From: Asterias rubens
Lineage: Eukaryota
Reading direction: 5' to 3'
NCBI RefSeq assembly: GCF_902459465.1
Contig: NC_047080.1
Span: 4,154,001-4,218,000 of the forward strand
Length of the DNA: 64,000 bases
Shown: one piece after another, positions 24,324 to 36,719 of the stretch
How the letters are laid out: each line of letters begins with the position of its first letter
Position numbering within the stretch: position 1 is the stretch's first letter
Translations under genes and position numbers: made by a program
Notes under the pieces: model-generated
Seen by the model: the letters and a program-made list of their open reading frames with translations, nothing else
Told to the model about the DNA's origin: nothing
Databases searched by the model: none

Positions 24324-26984
24324 TTATGGTTTTTGTTTAAAACTAAATTTAAATATAGACTTTGTAATTTAAAAGTTACAAGTTTGTTTCCAACCTTGAG
24401 TACATGTACAAGCAACATTCACTGCCAAATAATATAACAAATATAATGTTAGGCCTACCATATGACTGAAAAATCAGTTGTGCTTCTAATAAAAAAATTC
24501 CCATATTCTTTATCAGAAATAAGCGTAAAAAGGTTGTATTTAAACCCAGATGTTGTCAAACAAGGTGATCACGGTCACCAAGACAAAATGTGGAAAGTGT
24601 TTGTACAGTGTATAGTTGTAAACAGTAGAAGGTAGCCTTTGCAATACAACAAAATGCACCAAATGGTAAATGTTTTTGTACTCTGCATTCCCAGTGGAAA
24701 AAACTTAAAGGCAGTGGACACTATTGGTAATTACTCAAAATAGTTATTGGCATAAAACCTTACTTGGTGATGAGTAATGGGGAGAGGTTGATGGTATAAA
24801 ACATTGTGAGAAACGGCTCCCTCTGAAGTGCCATAGTTTTAGAGAAAGACGTAATTTTCAACGAATTTGATTTCTAGACCTCAGATTTAGAACTTGAGGT
24901 CTCGAAATCAACCATCTAAACACACACAACTTCGTGTGACAAGGGTGTTTTTTTTCTGTCGTTATTATCTCGCAAGTTCGATGACCGATTGAGCTCAAAT
25001 TTTCACAGGTTTGTTATTTTATGCTTATGTTGAGATGCACCCACTGTGAAGGCTAGTCTTTGACAATTACCAATAGTGTCCACTGCCTTTAAAATGGTGC
25101 CAGACCGTTTTTGTGTGTGTTAGATCTCAGTTCTTAGTTACATATGGACATGTCATGCTAGTTGTGTCTTATACCTTACTTTAATTCTTCTTCTTGCAGC
25201 TAAATACTGAATGGGGAAACAAATCATCATCTTACAGGGACGGCCCTGGTATCCTGGCATTAGTTACCGTTGAAAGCCGATCGTTGGATCAACAAAGCGT
25301 CGCTAAAGTTGAGAGTTATATTAAGAAGATGATGAAAGGAACGGCGTGCCAATTGTTGAGGTGAGAGGGGTTAATATAATAGGCCAAGGCTAGAGGGGTT
25401 GGTAGGTCAGGGCTAGAGTGGTCAGGAGTTGTTGTTTGCCCAGGGCTAGATTGGTCAAGAGCTTGTAGGCCAGGGCTAGATTGGTCAAAAGTTTGAAGGC
25501 CAGGGCTAATATGGTCGAGGGTTCATTGGCCTGGGGTCGATTGCACAAAGAGTTAGGACTCGTCTTATCTCGAGTTAGGCTGAGTAACTCGTCCTAACTT
25601 AGGATTAATCTTAAGGTCTGCATGCTACAGTGCAGGGTTGGGACTCGTCCTTAGTCCTAAGATTAGTTTTAAGTTAGGAAGAGTTTTGTGAAATCGACGG
25701 CAGGGGTTACAGTTGGTGAGTATTTGATCGGCAAGGTGCTATAGAGGTGTCAGTGGTTGATACTGTAGGCCAGGGGCTAGTGAAGGCATGAGTTGATAAT
25801 CTATGGGCTAGAGGGCGTAATAAAGTGAGAGTTTCAGGGAAAATTTAGTAATTTATCTTTGGGAATCTTATTTCACCAGGTGGAACCAACATCATTTTCT
25901 TCTGTTATTTGAGTCGGCGAATGATTACGAGTCTTTTGGAAGGCTCTTCTTGGAGGAGAAATTGGATGACTGTGAAGGATTCCGTGTGACTGCTATTGAA
26001 CGTAAGTCTCAATTTCAAATAATTATTACCACGAGAGAAACTGACTGTGTAAATTTTGTACATGGATTGGGGTTGAACAAAGACAAAGTAACAGGGATGT
26101 GATTTCTCCAGTTTTAACCAGAATTACGAGGGCTTTCAACAATTTTTTTTTCTTCTAAAGATCAAATTAAGAAAATTGAGAAAAAATCTGACAATTTAGC
26201 CTCTGTCACAGGTATTAATGAATGCTGGTTCTCAATAACTTGAAAGTACCACTCATTGTATGTGTCTTTTTTGTGTTTCTGTTCAGCATCCATCTTGACC
26301 AATCCACCGCGCTGCTTCGTGGAGATTGAGACGCTCCACGGAACGCAAACTCGTGACGCCCTCAAGTCTTTCATCTCCTACTTCTCCGGTGCCTTCCAGC
26401 ATGCCAGCATCCTGGAGATCCAGAGGCTATTCCCCTTCACTGAATCCCTGGAAGGTGACGTCCCAAGGCTGGCCCTCACCTTGATGTTCAGCGGGAAAGC
26501 CCAATCCCGAGCCACTGAAGTCGTCAAGGTACTCTCGGGCGATCCATGGGTACCGTTCAGTCTTCCAGATGCAGTGGCTAGCGAACTCAGCGACGATACG
26601 GCGTACTTCAAACACACCAAGTTGCCGCTCCCACTGTGGGGGGTGAAAACAGGGGCCAACACGTCTGGCGTTCGAGTGACGCTCTTTGTTAAAGACAGCC
26701 TGAGCTTTCAATCAATGGACTCGTTCTATAGCAAAGTCACTGGCGTCACCCCGCTACAGCAGAACGGCGACAACACAGCTAAGAGCAGCACGTTCCCACT
26801 CTCCCCAAGGTTGGAGTTCTCTCTTGCATTCTACCAGGGCGTGGTCCCACAAACAAGCCAGAATCAGCTCCTATACTTTCAAACAAACGAGTCAGCCATC
26901 GGGGCGGAAAAGCTGGCGGAAGACCATTGGCAGCTGAAAGACCCCGAAGATAATCTTGTGGTGCTTTTTACAACGATGAAGTAA
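18415..26984 (+). CDS. FAM124-family protein, 4 exons, 400 aa
   Basis: Exons 18415-18636, 25200-25360, 25880-26001 and 26287-26984; GT-AG introns of phase 0/2/1, total 1203 nt, ATG context ACAATGG. The C-terminal half (PRLALTLMF...VLSGDPW...LPLWGVK...VRVTLFV...FYSKV...LLYFQT...EDHWQLKDPEDNLVVL) follows the remembered FAM124A/B pattern (PALAVVLFL...LQQPPW...PLWAIR...VRFTVY...RFYQLI...EGRWQTEDHDGNKILL). The family call is from memory, not from a search. Confidence 0.8.
18862..19271. mobile_element. Nested MITE cluster: a 132-bp MITE (18914-19045) inside an older copy of the same family, plus an unrelated hairpin insert at about 19119-19250
   Basis: The inner copy is flanked by the TSD AATATTAA. 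The right TIR of the outer copy is interrupted by an element containing the hairpin TTTCGTCCGCTATCGTCTCTCG-TTA-CGGGAGACGATAGCGGATGAAA. Confidence 0.8.
20340..20670. repeat. ~115-bp tandem repeat, about 2.7 units, in FAM124-like intron 1
   Basis: TGAATGTCATCTT.TATGAGCTCAGAAA..TGACTTT...TGTAATACTGTATTTTTAATTATTCAAA.TTGTTAGTGAGAA is repeated. Confidence 0.75.
21340..21500 (-). mobile_element. tRNA-derived SINE fragment
   Basis: Reverse B-box GATTCGAACCC and CTCAAGGACACAAGTGTCA. The same family occurs at about 23170-23330 (opposite orientation), 39290-39430 and 41640-41840. Other SINE heads are at about 5090-5160, 16200-16290, 27490-27570, 37985-38040 and 38370-38420. Confidence 0.65.
23711..23951. 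mobile_element. Harbinger-like MITE with CWG TSD
   Basis: CAG|GGCCCAATTTCATAGAGCTGCTAAGCA ... TGCTTAGCAGCTCTTTCAAATTGGACC|CAG. Relatives lie at about 2530-2654, 10271-10431, 38920-39092, 43046-43236 (CTG/CTG) and 56341-56552. A second CWG-flanked subfamily is at about 3790-3978, 25534-25700 and 33991-34040. Confidence 0.8.
24709..25088. mobile_element. TTAA-flanked Kolobok-like MITE
   Basis: TIR AGGCAGTGGACACTATTGGTAATT, with TTAA on both sides. Related copies lie at about 14960-15310, 32975-33460, 46967-47308 and 61830-62155. Confidence 0.85.
25381..25530. repeat. 30-bp minisatellite, about 5 units, in FAM124-like intron 2
   Basis: CAGGGCTAGATTGGTCAAGAGCTTGTAGGC at 25441, 25471 and 25501, plus diverged upstream units. 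Confidence 0.8.
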
Positions 26985-28673
26985 GACAAGTATATTTGTA
27001 GCTAGTAAAACTAGAGTTTATGTGTAGCGGTACTATTATTATAGACTATTTAAATAATGCACCGGTGAAAGCTATCTATGATTTCATTCACACGGCGAAC
27101 TCATTTTCTGTGATTTTTTTTTAACTAGAAGTCAGTTGATTGTTTGCCCAAGGCAGGGGGGTAAACCCAATATGGGTATATCGTCACCTTGATCATAACC
27201 TCTATCCCTCATTAGGTTATAAATCAGACAATGTGAAAGCGTTTTGAAATGCCTATGGAAAATGCTATACAAATGTTATTTATTATTATTATAAATGGTC
27301 CCTTGATCAGGAAATTCATGGAACACCTTTCGCCATGCTGACACTTTGAGCCAAATTTCATGTCCCAAAAGGTTTGCTTAGGACAGGAAAAATCTTCCTA
27401 CAAATTACCAGCTACAGTGCCATGTCTTTCTTTTTAATGTGCTGGTAATCCGCTTTGATTCTATTTTGATTTGGGGTTAAACAAAGAAAATTGACTTGAG
27501 TGGGACACAAACCAACGACCTCCAGACCAACATGCCGGCGCTCTACCAACTGAGCTGTCTAGCCCTTTGTTTGGCGGTCTCCTAATTCTATTTTGCAAAC
27601 AAACTTGCTACATTGTAGGTGAAACTTTCTGCTTGATGAAAGCGGGCCGCAGAATTGGTATAAACGATTCTGATATTGTCCCCGTCTTTGACAGAAGGCC
27701 TGTGAAGTTAATTTGTATGTATTTTCACTGTTGCCTTTTAAAGCTGGTTTTAAACCTTGTGCAGCTATAGAACTCTTAAAGAATTATCACCATACTTTTG
27801 ATATCTCATTTTTGGTAATCACTCTGTTGAAAGAAAAAACACAAAATGAAGTAAGACCAACATGTATGTGAATATTTACCAGTTTGTGAGCAGCCTGACA
27901 TCTGTTAAAATAATATTTGTTCAAAAGTATTTAAAAGAATACTTTGGTATCGATGACGAGTAATATATTTTATTGTAGGAAAATTGTTACAATTGTAAGT
28001 TAGATTCTAGTGCTTCTTTGTTACCTTTTTTTGAGCAATCCAACCCCTTCCCAGCCTTACTTCCGCGAAACAAAATGTTCCCCTCTTTCCTCCTAAAACA
28101 CATAAAGATGTCTTTGTATCACTTCAAGTTATTTATATAGCAAATGTTAGATTATATTTAGTCGGGTGAAAGGTAGCTCTTGCAAAAATTACGACGACAA
28201 ATTGTGGTTTACTTTAATGAAAAATTGCCTTTCAGATCAACTACATGTACGTATGAACAAAAACAAATGATATTTTTAAAGTAAATAAGGAATATCGTAA
28301 AGTCACACTGTTATTCTTGTAAAGGGTACACAATTTAGCAGATGAATTTTTTTTCGAGTATGTAAATTTACACAGCCTATGTGTATGGTAGAATTTTAAA
28401 TGTAGCAATTGTAAATTGTGTAATATCTTTTTAAATAGTTATAGATTGGTAGAATATGTATATTACAACTTCTTTTTTCTACGTAACTTTATTCGGTGTA
28501 TCTATTTTTCTCTCGTAGCAAACGCTTTGAGATTTAATGTAGTAACTCAAAATGAACCACCTGAATATGCACACAATGCTGTCAGGTTGACTTTGATCAA
28601 CCTCAGAGTAATATTTTAAGGCGTGTTTTGGCGAGTCTGAAATGAGTTTCTAGCTTGAAACTCAATGACTTAA

Positions 28674-29052
28674 AGGAACACGTTGCCTTGGATCGGTCGA
28701 GTTGGTCTTTGAAAAGCGATTGTACTGTTCATAATAAAATGCATATATATGGGTGGAAAGATGTTGCAAAAGTAGAATACAATGATCAACACAAACATGC
28801 CTCAAAATTGCGTGTTTTCCTTTTGCTTTGTGGACTACACGAGCGGCCATTTATGGCAGTCAAATTAACTTTTGACTCCTAAAAATGGCAGAACATGTTA
28901 GTTCACAAAGCAAAAGGAAAACCATGCAATTTCGAGGCACATTTGTGTGGATCATTGTATTCTACTTTTACATCTTTCCAACCATATGCATTACAAACGG
29001 TTACAAACGCTTTTTATATTCCAACTCTTCTGATCCAAGGCAACGTGTTCCT
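28674..29052. mobile_element. Fold-back MITE, same family as 677-1050
   Basis: Same 23-bp TIR; TTAA on both sides (28670-28673 and 29053-29056). Confidence 0.88.
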
Positions 29053-32000
29053 TTAAAAAACTTCCTACAACGCCCTCTATGTCCTCCAAGAAGGGTATTA
29101 AAGGGCAGTTCAGCATTGGACATGGTCACCCTTCTGAAGAAGCTCCTAGATAATGTACATGTGAAATGTAATTACAAAATTTTGGATTTGTAAAACCAAA
29201 TCTTTTAATTCATGTTTATCAACAATCGAGATGAACTTATTTTAAAAAATGGTTCCCCAACCAGAAACTGTTCTTGTACACTTCCCGTGAAATTTGGTAT
29301 CCTAAAAGTACATGGCCACTATTGCAATTGGGTTCTGCTGGTAAATCTCATTAAGTGATAGACAATTCATCATTGGGCTGTCTTGCTTTTCAAGAAACCA
29401 ATCATGCATCTACAGGATTATTTCAGACAAAATAAATCAAGAGGATGCTTTTTACTACCATTACCATCTTTATAACAAACGATGACTCTGCCTTTAAAAG
29501 GCAAATGGCTTGTCAAAATATTACCATGATGTGTCCCGACAAAATTCTATTCTACTTATTTTTTGCAGACTTCACTTTCTGAGCAGTTTTTCTCTTAGAT
29601 TTTTGTTTATTTATTTTTGTTTACATTTATATTAGCATTGTTTAATCTTATCTGTATGAATGAATTCATCATATTCTTTTTAAAGGAAACAGTACTAGGT
29701 ACAGTGTACATTAACAGTGTAAAGGGAATGTTTTAAAACAGCTTAGTAAAGGAAATGTTTGACAGCTTTAAAGGGAATGATTTTAAAGCTTAAAAGGTAT
29801 GTTTAACAGCTTAAAGGGGTTGTTTAAAAATTGGGAGTATAGGTGAAAGGTGTTTGGATTTTTCTCACGCATTGATTATAGATACCCCTTCGAAATATTT
29901 AGCTGTCGGAACTTCTGCATTATGTATCAGATGTCTAAACCATTGGCCTTTTCGATCAACAAATGTTGAAGATTGAAAATTAAGTGTGAGACTAAGATCA
30001 GAAAGACTTTGGTTTGAATCCCACTGTGGTCCCCCCCCCCCAATAGCTCTTGAAAGCACGGAGTGTACAGATGTGTAGTTGGGTTTTGTTTTTTCTGCTC
30101 TGTTTATCAAAAGTCATAATTTGCAATTGTCTGATCTTTCAATATCATCCCGAGTGGTTTTGAATGATATATAAACTATGCCAGCCTGCAATATGATATA
30201 ATATGGTGAATGCATCCACACAGTACACAGTCAACCCTCTCACTGTTTGATATTTTTTTATCATCTACTGTGGTTTTGAATATTTGATAAACTATGCCAG
30301 CCTGCAATAACATGTTATGACTGCGCAGTACACAGTCGACCCTCCTACTATCTGACCATTCAATATCATCTACTGTAATTTTTGTAGTATTGTGAGTGTG
30401 CCCAACACAACACCACGATGGAAGACTTTGGGGGACACTTGGTGACAGCAGATTTGGTCATGTTATGAATAAAGCTAAACCTCAAAGTCTGCTTCATACT
30501 TCATGCGAAAATGAAGTTTCTTGCGTCACAAAAGGAAAAGCAGCGTGTACCGATTATTGTGCACCAAGTTTTGCATCGCATTCACAGGATGTATGAACCG
30601 GGCTTTAGTTTGGATTCTAATTTCTTATAGAAAAGTACATTTTCTTGAAAAGCAACATTAACTTATTTAATGTCTATATTTAACCCTTTCCTATGCATCA
30701 TTAATATTCGACTTCAAAGCAAACATGTTGAGTTCTATAAAACTGAAATTATGCATTACAGTAGCATGTGTATTTTTTATAATATTTTTCCTGTCCAGTC
30801 CGATCATAAACCTATTAAAAATGGTCCGTTTGTGGCCAAATCCCACAATGTCAGCCCCTTGAAGAATGTTGTCAATTTCTTAATATTATTTGGTCATGAC
30901 CATCAAATGCGTAGAGTGAAATTGACTTTCAACATGATTTTTGTAATTTTATCGTTAATGTTCACGCTGGAAGAATAATATGCAATTGGAAACACAATGT
31001 TCTCGGGTTCAAATTCTCAGATTCTAATTTTTGCAAACACTTTTGATTTACACTTTTCTGATTTAAAATTCGATTGGAATAGAAGCTTCTGGATAGATGG
31101 TTTAATTTGGATACATTTCTTGAATGCAGGATGCATTTACACGCAACATCTTCTCCCTTTCACACAAAAAAGCACATTATAGGCTCGCCCCACAGGCATG
31201 GTGTCATGTTACAGCATTATGGAACTTTACATGGATATGTATAAATTGGACCATTCATCATCGGATGAGAGTGGGGAAATCTCGGGGGAGTGGGGGCGCT
31301 TACTTCACTGTGAATATCAAGGAGCTAGAAGAGGCAATGATGAATAGCACAAGGGACCTGTACTTTTGTGAATTTTTACTTTCATCTTAATTTTTTTTTA
31401 CAATTTGTTAAAAACACATATGGAGGATTTCTTACGATTGAGTTCTTTTAAAAATTATCAGATTATTGCTGACAGAATGCAAATTTAACAAAATGAACAT
31501 TTGTTTTCCTCTAAAATAATATCCTACAAAAATACGCTTGTAAGATTATGTTATCATGCATCTTTATCCATGGTTTTTGACATTGCTTTCATACGAACAC
31601 TTGACTGAGTATGCATTATAATCTAAACCATGCACTTAACTACATTGTCATGCTAGAAACATTTTCATGCAATTTATGTATCTTTGTATTTTTTTGAAAT
31701 TGTAAACTTGGGTGTTTCACTGATAATGATGCCGATTATTACTACTACTAATATTATTATCATAAAAACTAGAGGAGATTTCATCTTCAGATTATTGAAT
31801 TGCATAGACAGGTATAGCACCATAACTGAAAGCTCTGTGTACAAAAATAAATACTGTTGGGTTTTTTTTGTAACAAAAGTTCTTATAAAATACAGCACCA
31901 TATTTTAAGATATTCTTTTAAAAAATATCAAGGAGTAAAAATACATTTAAAAAAAAAACAGCTTATCAACCAAACTGACTTGTGGTACAAATCCCAAATG

Positions 32001-32116
32001 TGGTAGTGGCCTTTTGTTTTTACCCAAGCTGCTAGAGCCTTTCCTAATGGCTTCATACATGTATTTAGTTTGTTTTTCTAACACAGATTAGGATCTGATT
32101 ATTTCACTACATTTTA

Positions 32117-32443
32117 GGGTGGCACGGTTGGCTTGTGCGTAAAGCGCTCGCCTCTCACCAAGGTGACCCCGGTTCGATTCCCGGTCGGGGCCATATGTGA
32201 GTTGAGTTGTGCGTTGGTTCTCTGCTGTGCCACGAGGGTTTTCCAGACTATCCGGTTTTCCTCCCTCAGGAAAAAATCAAACACTTTCGATCTTGGCTGT
32301 GCTCCGTGGTCATAATGGGTTGATGTGGCTGGCAGCTGAATGCGTCTTTGCATACCTGCTTCTCGAACACGTTGTAGCCGCGTCCTTCGCAATTCAGCTC
32401 TTAGCTGCGAGTAAGGACGATTAGCCCCCCAAATTATTATTAT
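32117..32443 (+). mobile_element. Full-length tRNA-derived SINE with a V-SINE-like central domain
   Basis: tRNA-Glu(CTC)-like head (A box, CTCTCAC loop, B box GGTTCGATTCCC), central GGTTCTCTGCTGTGCCACGAGGGTTTT...CCGGTTTTCCTCCC and a (TTA)n tail. Confidence 0.8.
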
Positions 32444-32734
32444 GTTCACAACATTGCTCAGCACAGAAAATCTATTGCTTACAGAAACAGGCAACCAGCC
32501 CAAATTGCAAACTGTTGAGACTGGTGCCCCATTCAGTATTTCCTAAGCAAAGAAAATTTGTAAAGCAGTAAAAGAGAAAAAGTTATCTTTTCAACCAGTA
32601 TTTACTGCCATGCAGCTCTAAATGTACCCTCACCCAAAACCACAAGTTTGTTTTTGAAACACAACCTCCATCCCAAGTGACCCCATAAGATAACATAACA
32701 ATAAATTAACAAATTTGAAAACAAGGTTAGACAC

Positions 32735-35700
32735 TCAAAGTTCTTGGTGTGGGAACTTTTCACTGCGTATATGCCTGCCGAAATGGGTGGCCTTACTCCC
32801 AGTAAAGATTTCATATTTGCCGAGGATTTCATCCACACTGAGCTTGCCATCTCCATCGCTGTCTGCAACATCAATTAGATGAATAGCCTGGATGGAAAGA
32901 GAATTTTAAAAAACATGTCAGTATTTTTTCTTGGCTCTCTTACTCTAAACGCACCGTAGGATGGTTGTGATCTTTAACGCAACTGGACACCTTTGGTACT
33001 TGTCAAATACCAGTATTCTCACCTGATGTATCCCAACATAAATTATGCATAAAATAATGAACCTGTGAAAATTTTAACTTAATTGATCGTTAAGTTGCAA
33101 GAAAATAATGTCACAAAAACACCATTGTGGCACAAGTTGTTTGCTTACAGATGCCTGAGAAAGCAAGTCTTTTAAAAGTTTTTTTTCTTCAGAATCAAGT
33201 ATTTTAGTGGAATAAATGTCCTCTTTCTCAAAAACTACATCACTTCAGAGAGAGTCGTACTCTCAATGTTTTATACTACCAACTGGTCTCTGTCATAAGC
33301 TGTCCTAGCTGTCCTAAATGCGCAGCAACAATATTATTATTGGGCTGTTTGCCTACCCAAAGTGATGACAGAAAAACTTGCAAGGTAGAATTGCTCGTTG
33401 CCAATTCGATTTTTACACTAATATATTGTTAGTGACTAACAAATGTGTCCAATGACTTTAAAATCACTAGTGCCAAATTTTATGCAAAACAGTATTTACA
33501 ATTACCACCAGGCAAATGTCAACCGAGGGTGGTTTAGATGTTAACAAAGACACACGCTATGTTAGACTTGCCTCTTTCTCTGCTGTGATTTGGTAGCGAG
33601 GTTTAACCCATTGAACCAGCTCATCTCCTTCCATCACACCATTCCCATCTTTATCAAGTTGCTGTTTGAAGATCTCCCGCTCCTCTTCCACCCATAGTGG
33701 CTCCTTTCGCTTCCCTGTCAAGTCTGCGAAATAAATTCAAAGTTAGTACCTTGGTTTATTTGTTGTATGGTCTAGCTGCAGTTTACCGTACAATACTATC
33801 AACCACAGCAATCATACCACCTCTCCTTTTACCAACAGTGACATTATTCAACCTAAATCACCCACACAAAAAACATTCATTCATGTATATGCAGACCTGG
33901 AAATCAATGATTTTTTTATTTTTTTCCCATTTGGGCTTTTGGCTTTGTACATATTGGTATTAGAATGTACTCGCTCTGTCAAAACACCAGGGGTGGATTT
34001 CACAAAAAGTTACGGCTAAACTTATCGACTACTAGACTTCTGTGCTAATTAAATAATTGATATGTGAACCAGATTGCCTCATGAATATGTATGTTTTTGA
34101 ATATGCAGGAGGTATATTTTAATTATTTGCATACAGACCTGGTAAGTCATTTCCATCATGATATTTCCCAATAAATTCATCCATTTCCACAGCACCATCT
34201 CCATTCAGATCAAAGTCCTCCAAGAGTTTCTCGATGACCACTTCCTTTGCAGAAAATAAATGAATGTATTAAGAACATCTTGGCTGTAAAGAGATTGCAG
34301 TTTCCCGACTGAAAGACTTTTCTCAATTTCCCCATTTCATAGAGCTGTTTAAGCACAAAACTTGCTTACAAATTTTATTCTGATCGAAAGTCCAGTCATA
34401 GATTGTACATGAGAAAAGGTATTTTGGCTAGTAATTTTTTTTCTGGTAAGATGTGACACTACATACCTGCATACCGTCAACAGCATTGGGATTGTAGAAT
34501 GACAAAAGCTCTTCTCCTTCCAGGAATCCATCTTTGTTTTTGTCAGCCATCTTGAACATTTTCTTGTTGCTTTTGAACTCCTTTATAACAAATAAGAACA
34601 ATACTTGGTATTTATTTGGCGCTTATAAACATTGTATCAAAGCATCTTACAACCCTTGTTCATCGAGCCTTGAGCTTTTCTTAAACCATCTCAACTCCTT
34701 TATGCATTGAAGCAACGGCTGCCAAATGAGATCACAATGGGTCAACAGGCCTTGGTTAGCCATCTTTTTTACCATTAAAAGCAAGGTAACCAAACTGAGG
34801 CCGGAAGGGGAAAATAGTCTGGTCCCTCTAGCTCTAGTACAATAAGAATCACCAGTCATTATTATAAATACACACAGGGAACCTTTACCATTCTCATTTC
34901 ATCATCGGGGTATTGCTCATCACTTTCCGGTATGAAACCCAAGACATGCTGACTGTACTCCTCCCAAGACAGGCGGCCATCTTTGTTCTTGTCTTGGATT
35001 AGCATGTGCTCTTCAGCGATGACTCTGTCGATGTTTTTCAAGGAGCCGATGACCCACTCCTGCAGTTCCTCTGTGAAGGGGGTTCAGGAAGTAAAATTTG
35101 TGAAAAGAAGAACTTAATTGTGATGTCAGATTTTGAAGTCATCAAGTTTCAACTTAAGGTCAGAGAATTCTAATTCCTGATAATGACCAATACAGGCCTC
35201 GAAATAACCCACATCGGTTAGGTGCCGATTCCTTTGCTGTGGTGCCCTTAGCACAGTTCAAATTCAAATTCAATTTTTTTATAGAAGTGCCCCTTAGCAG
35301 AGGAAAATTGATGTGTCCCTTCAAGAAACAAGTTCCAAGACCTGCAAATGTTTGTATTTCTTTAACATATTTCTTTACCTTTATCTAGATGGCCATCAGC
35401 GTTGACATCGGCTTTTTTCAGTATCACTTGAAGACGTGCCTTGCTTTCCTCCTCAGATAGTGTCTTGAACTCCTTGGCAGCCCTCTATTACACAAGAATA
35501 ACAAAAGGTTAACCCTCCTACCTTTGGTATCATTTTCCAGTGAGGTGATCAACCATTTAACTGGATTCAACTGTATGGGTTATGTATGGTGGACAGCTAT
35601 GCAAAGAACTAACCTTGTGTGTTCTATGTAGAACGCTTACACCCCTATGCAACATTATTCAAGTAAATGGTTAAAAAACATGAGTTTCAAGAACAAAAGT

Positions 35701-35974
35701 GTAAACGGTTTAACAATTATATGGTGCTCCCTGCTACAATGAAATTGAAAAATTCCTGGGGGGGGGGGGTTTTCTTATGATCCTCAAGGTCATCTTTTCC
35801 CCCTACCCCTTGACACTCCCTACTCACATATCCACCAAGAAACATCTCATGATCAAAGGGCTTTGTCCGGATAAGGTCCAAGTCCAGATCCGGGGGCGGG
35901 ACGCCTAACCCGTGCAACATCACCACAGCTGTCAGTAAGACCATGCTCAAGCAGATACCTATTGTTGATGACAT
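32735..35974 (-). CDS. CREC-family multiple EF-hand ER protein (reticulocalbin/calumenin-like), 7 coding exons, 319 aa
   Basis: Exons 35974-35828, 35484-35379, 35070-34889, 34580-34467, 34244-34139, 33723-33572 and 32887-32735, total 960 nt. There is a hydrophobic signal peptide (MSSTIGICLSMVLLTAVVMLHG), six EF-hand loops (DVNADGHLDKEE, DKNKDGRLSWEE, DKNKDGFLEGEE, DLNGDGAVEMDE, DKDGNGVMEGDE, DSDGDGKLSVDE) and a C-terminal HQEL. It most resembles RCN2, but I cannot fix orthology. Confidence 0.93.
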
Positions 35975-36719
35975 TTTGACACCTGAGATGAGAGGATCCA
36001 ATTAAAAGCCAGTTTCAAAAAAACAAAGTAGAGAAAGTCTTGTGGTTCACTAAAGTAATATAATTTACTTTGAGTCATAATTTGTATTCACAAACAGTAC
36101 AATATTAGTATCATCATTAATTATAAAAATAGGTTTTACACCCCCCCCCTCCCAATTGTGTGGCAAAGCTCTAAGATTTTCCTTCCTCCATGGGGGACCA
36201 TGCATGACCATACAAGTTCTACAAGTCCCCCAGCCCTAGTTGCAATAGCGTAACCCTCCTCGTAGTCGGCACGTTATCGCAACTACCCCCCCCCCCCCCC
36301 CACCCACCAAACACCCACCAACCGAACATTGATTAGAGGGGGTGCAAACAACATCATGATGGAGCAAATTGAATGATACAATCAATCAAGGAAACTGTAA
36401 CATGATTTAAAATGATAACTTTTTCCCGTGGTTGCCAATTAAATTTGAGATAGATACCCCAGCACTGCGCGTAAACTAAGCTAAGTGCCAACAAAGACCG
36501 ATTGTTCTGTTCAAACTTTACAGTACACCGGAAGTGCATTGACTCACACACCAACACCGACAACAGAAAAGTAAGTGCGACTACGAATGCGATATAAAAG
36601 GAAAACGGTCACAGTACTTGTCCTTTTGTACCTTACTAATGTTTACCTTTTACCATAGAAATAAAACCTGTTCATCCCCATTGCTGATAAATAAAATAAT
36701 TAAACCTCACCATACTCAC

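Noticed and set aside
26162-26711. Minus-strand ORFs overlapping FAM124-like exon 4
   Set aside because: They are antisense shadows of a GC-rich coding exon.
29700-29826. Short ~22-bp degenerate tandem (ACAGCTTAAAGGGAATGTTT); also a 48-bp duplication at 45030-45122
   Set aside because: These are ordinary slippage-type repeats with no sign of function.
30389-31360. Possible exons of another transcript between the FAM124-like and reticulocalbin-like genes
   Set aside because: Only isolated weak splice signals and short ORFs are present, with no coherent model.
32117-32195. tRNA-Glu gene
   Set aside because: The acceptor and D stems are degenerate and the sequence continues into a SINE body and tail. 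The other B-box hits (5140, 16258, 21428, 38000) are also SINE heads.
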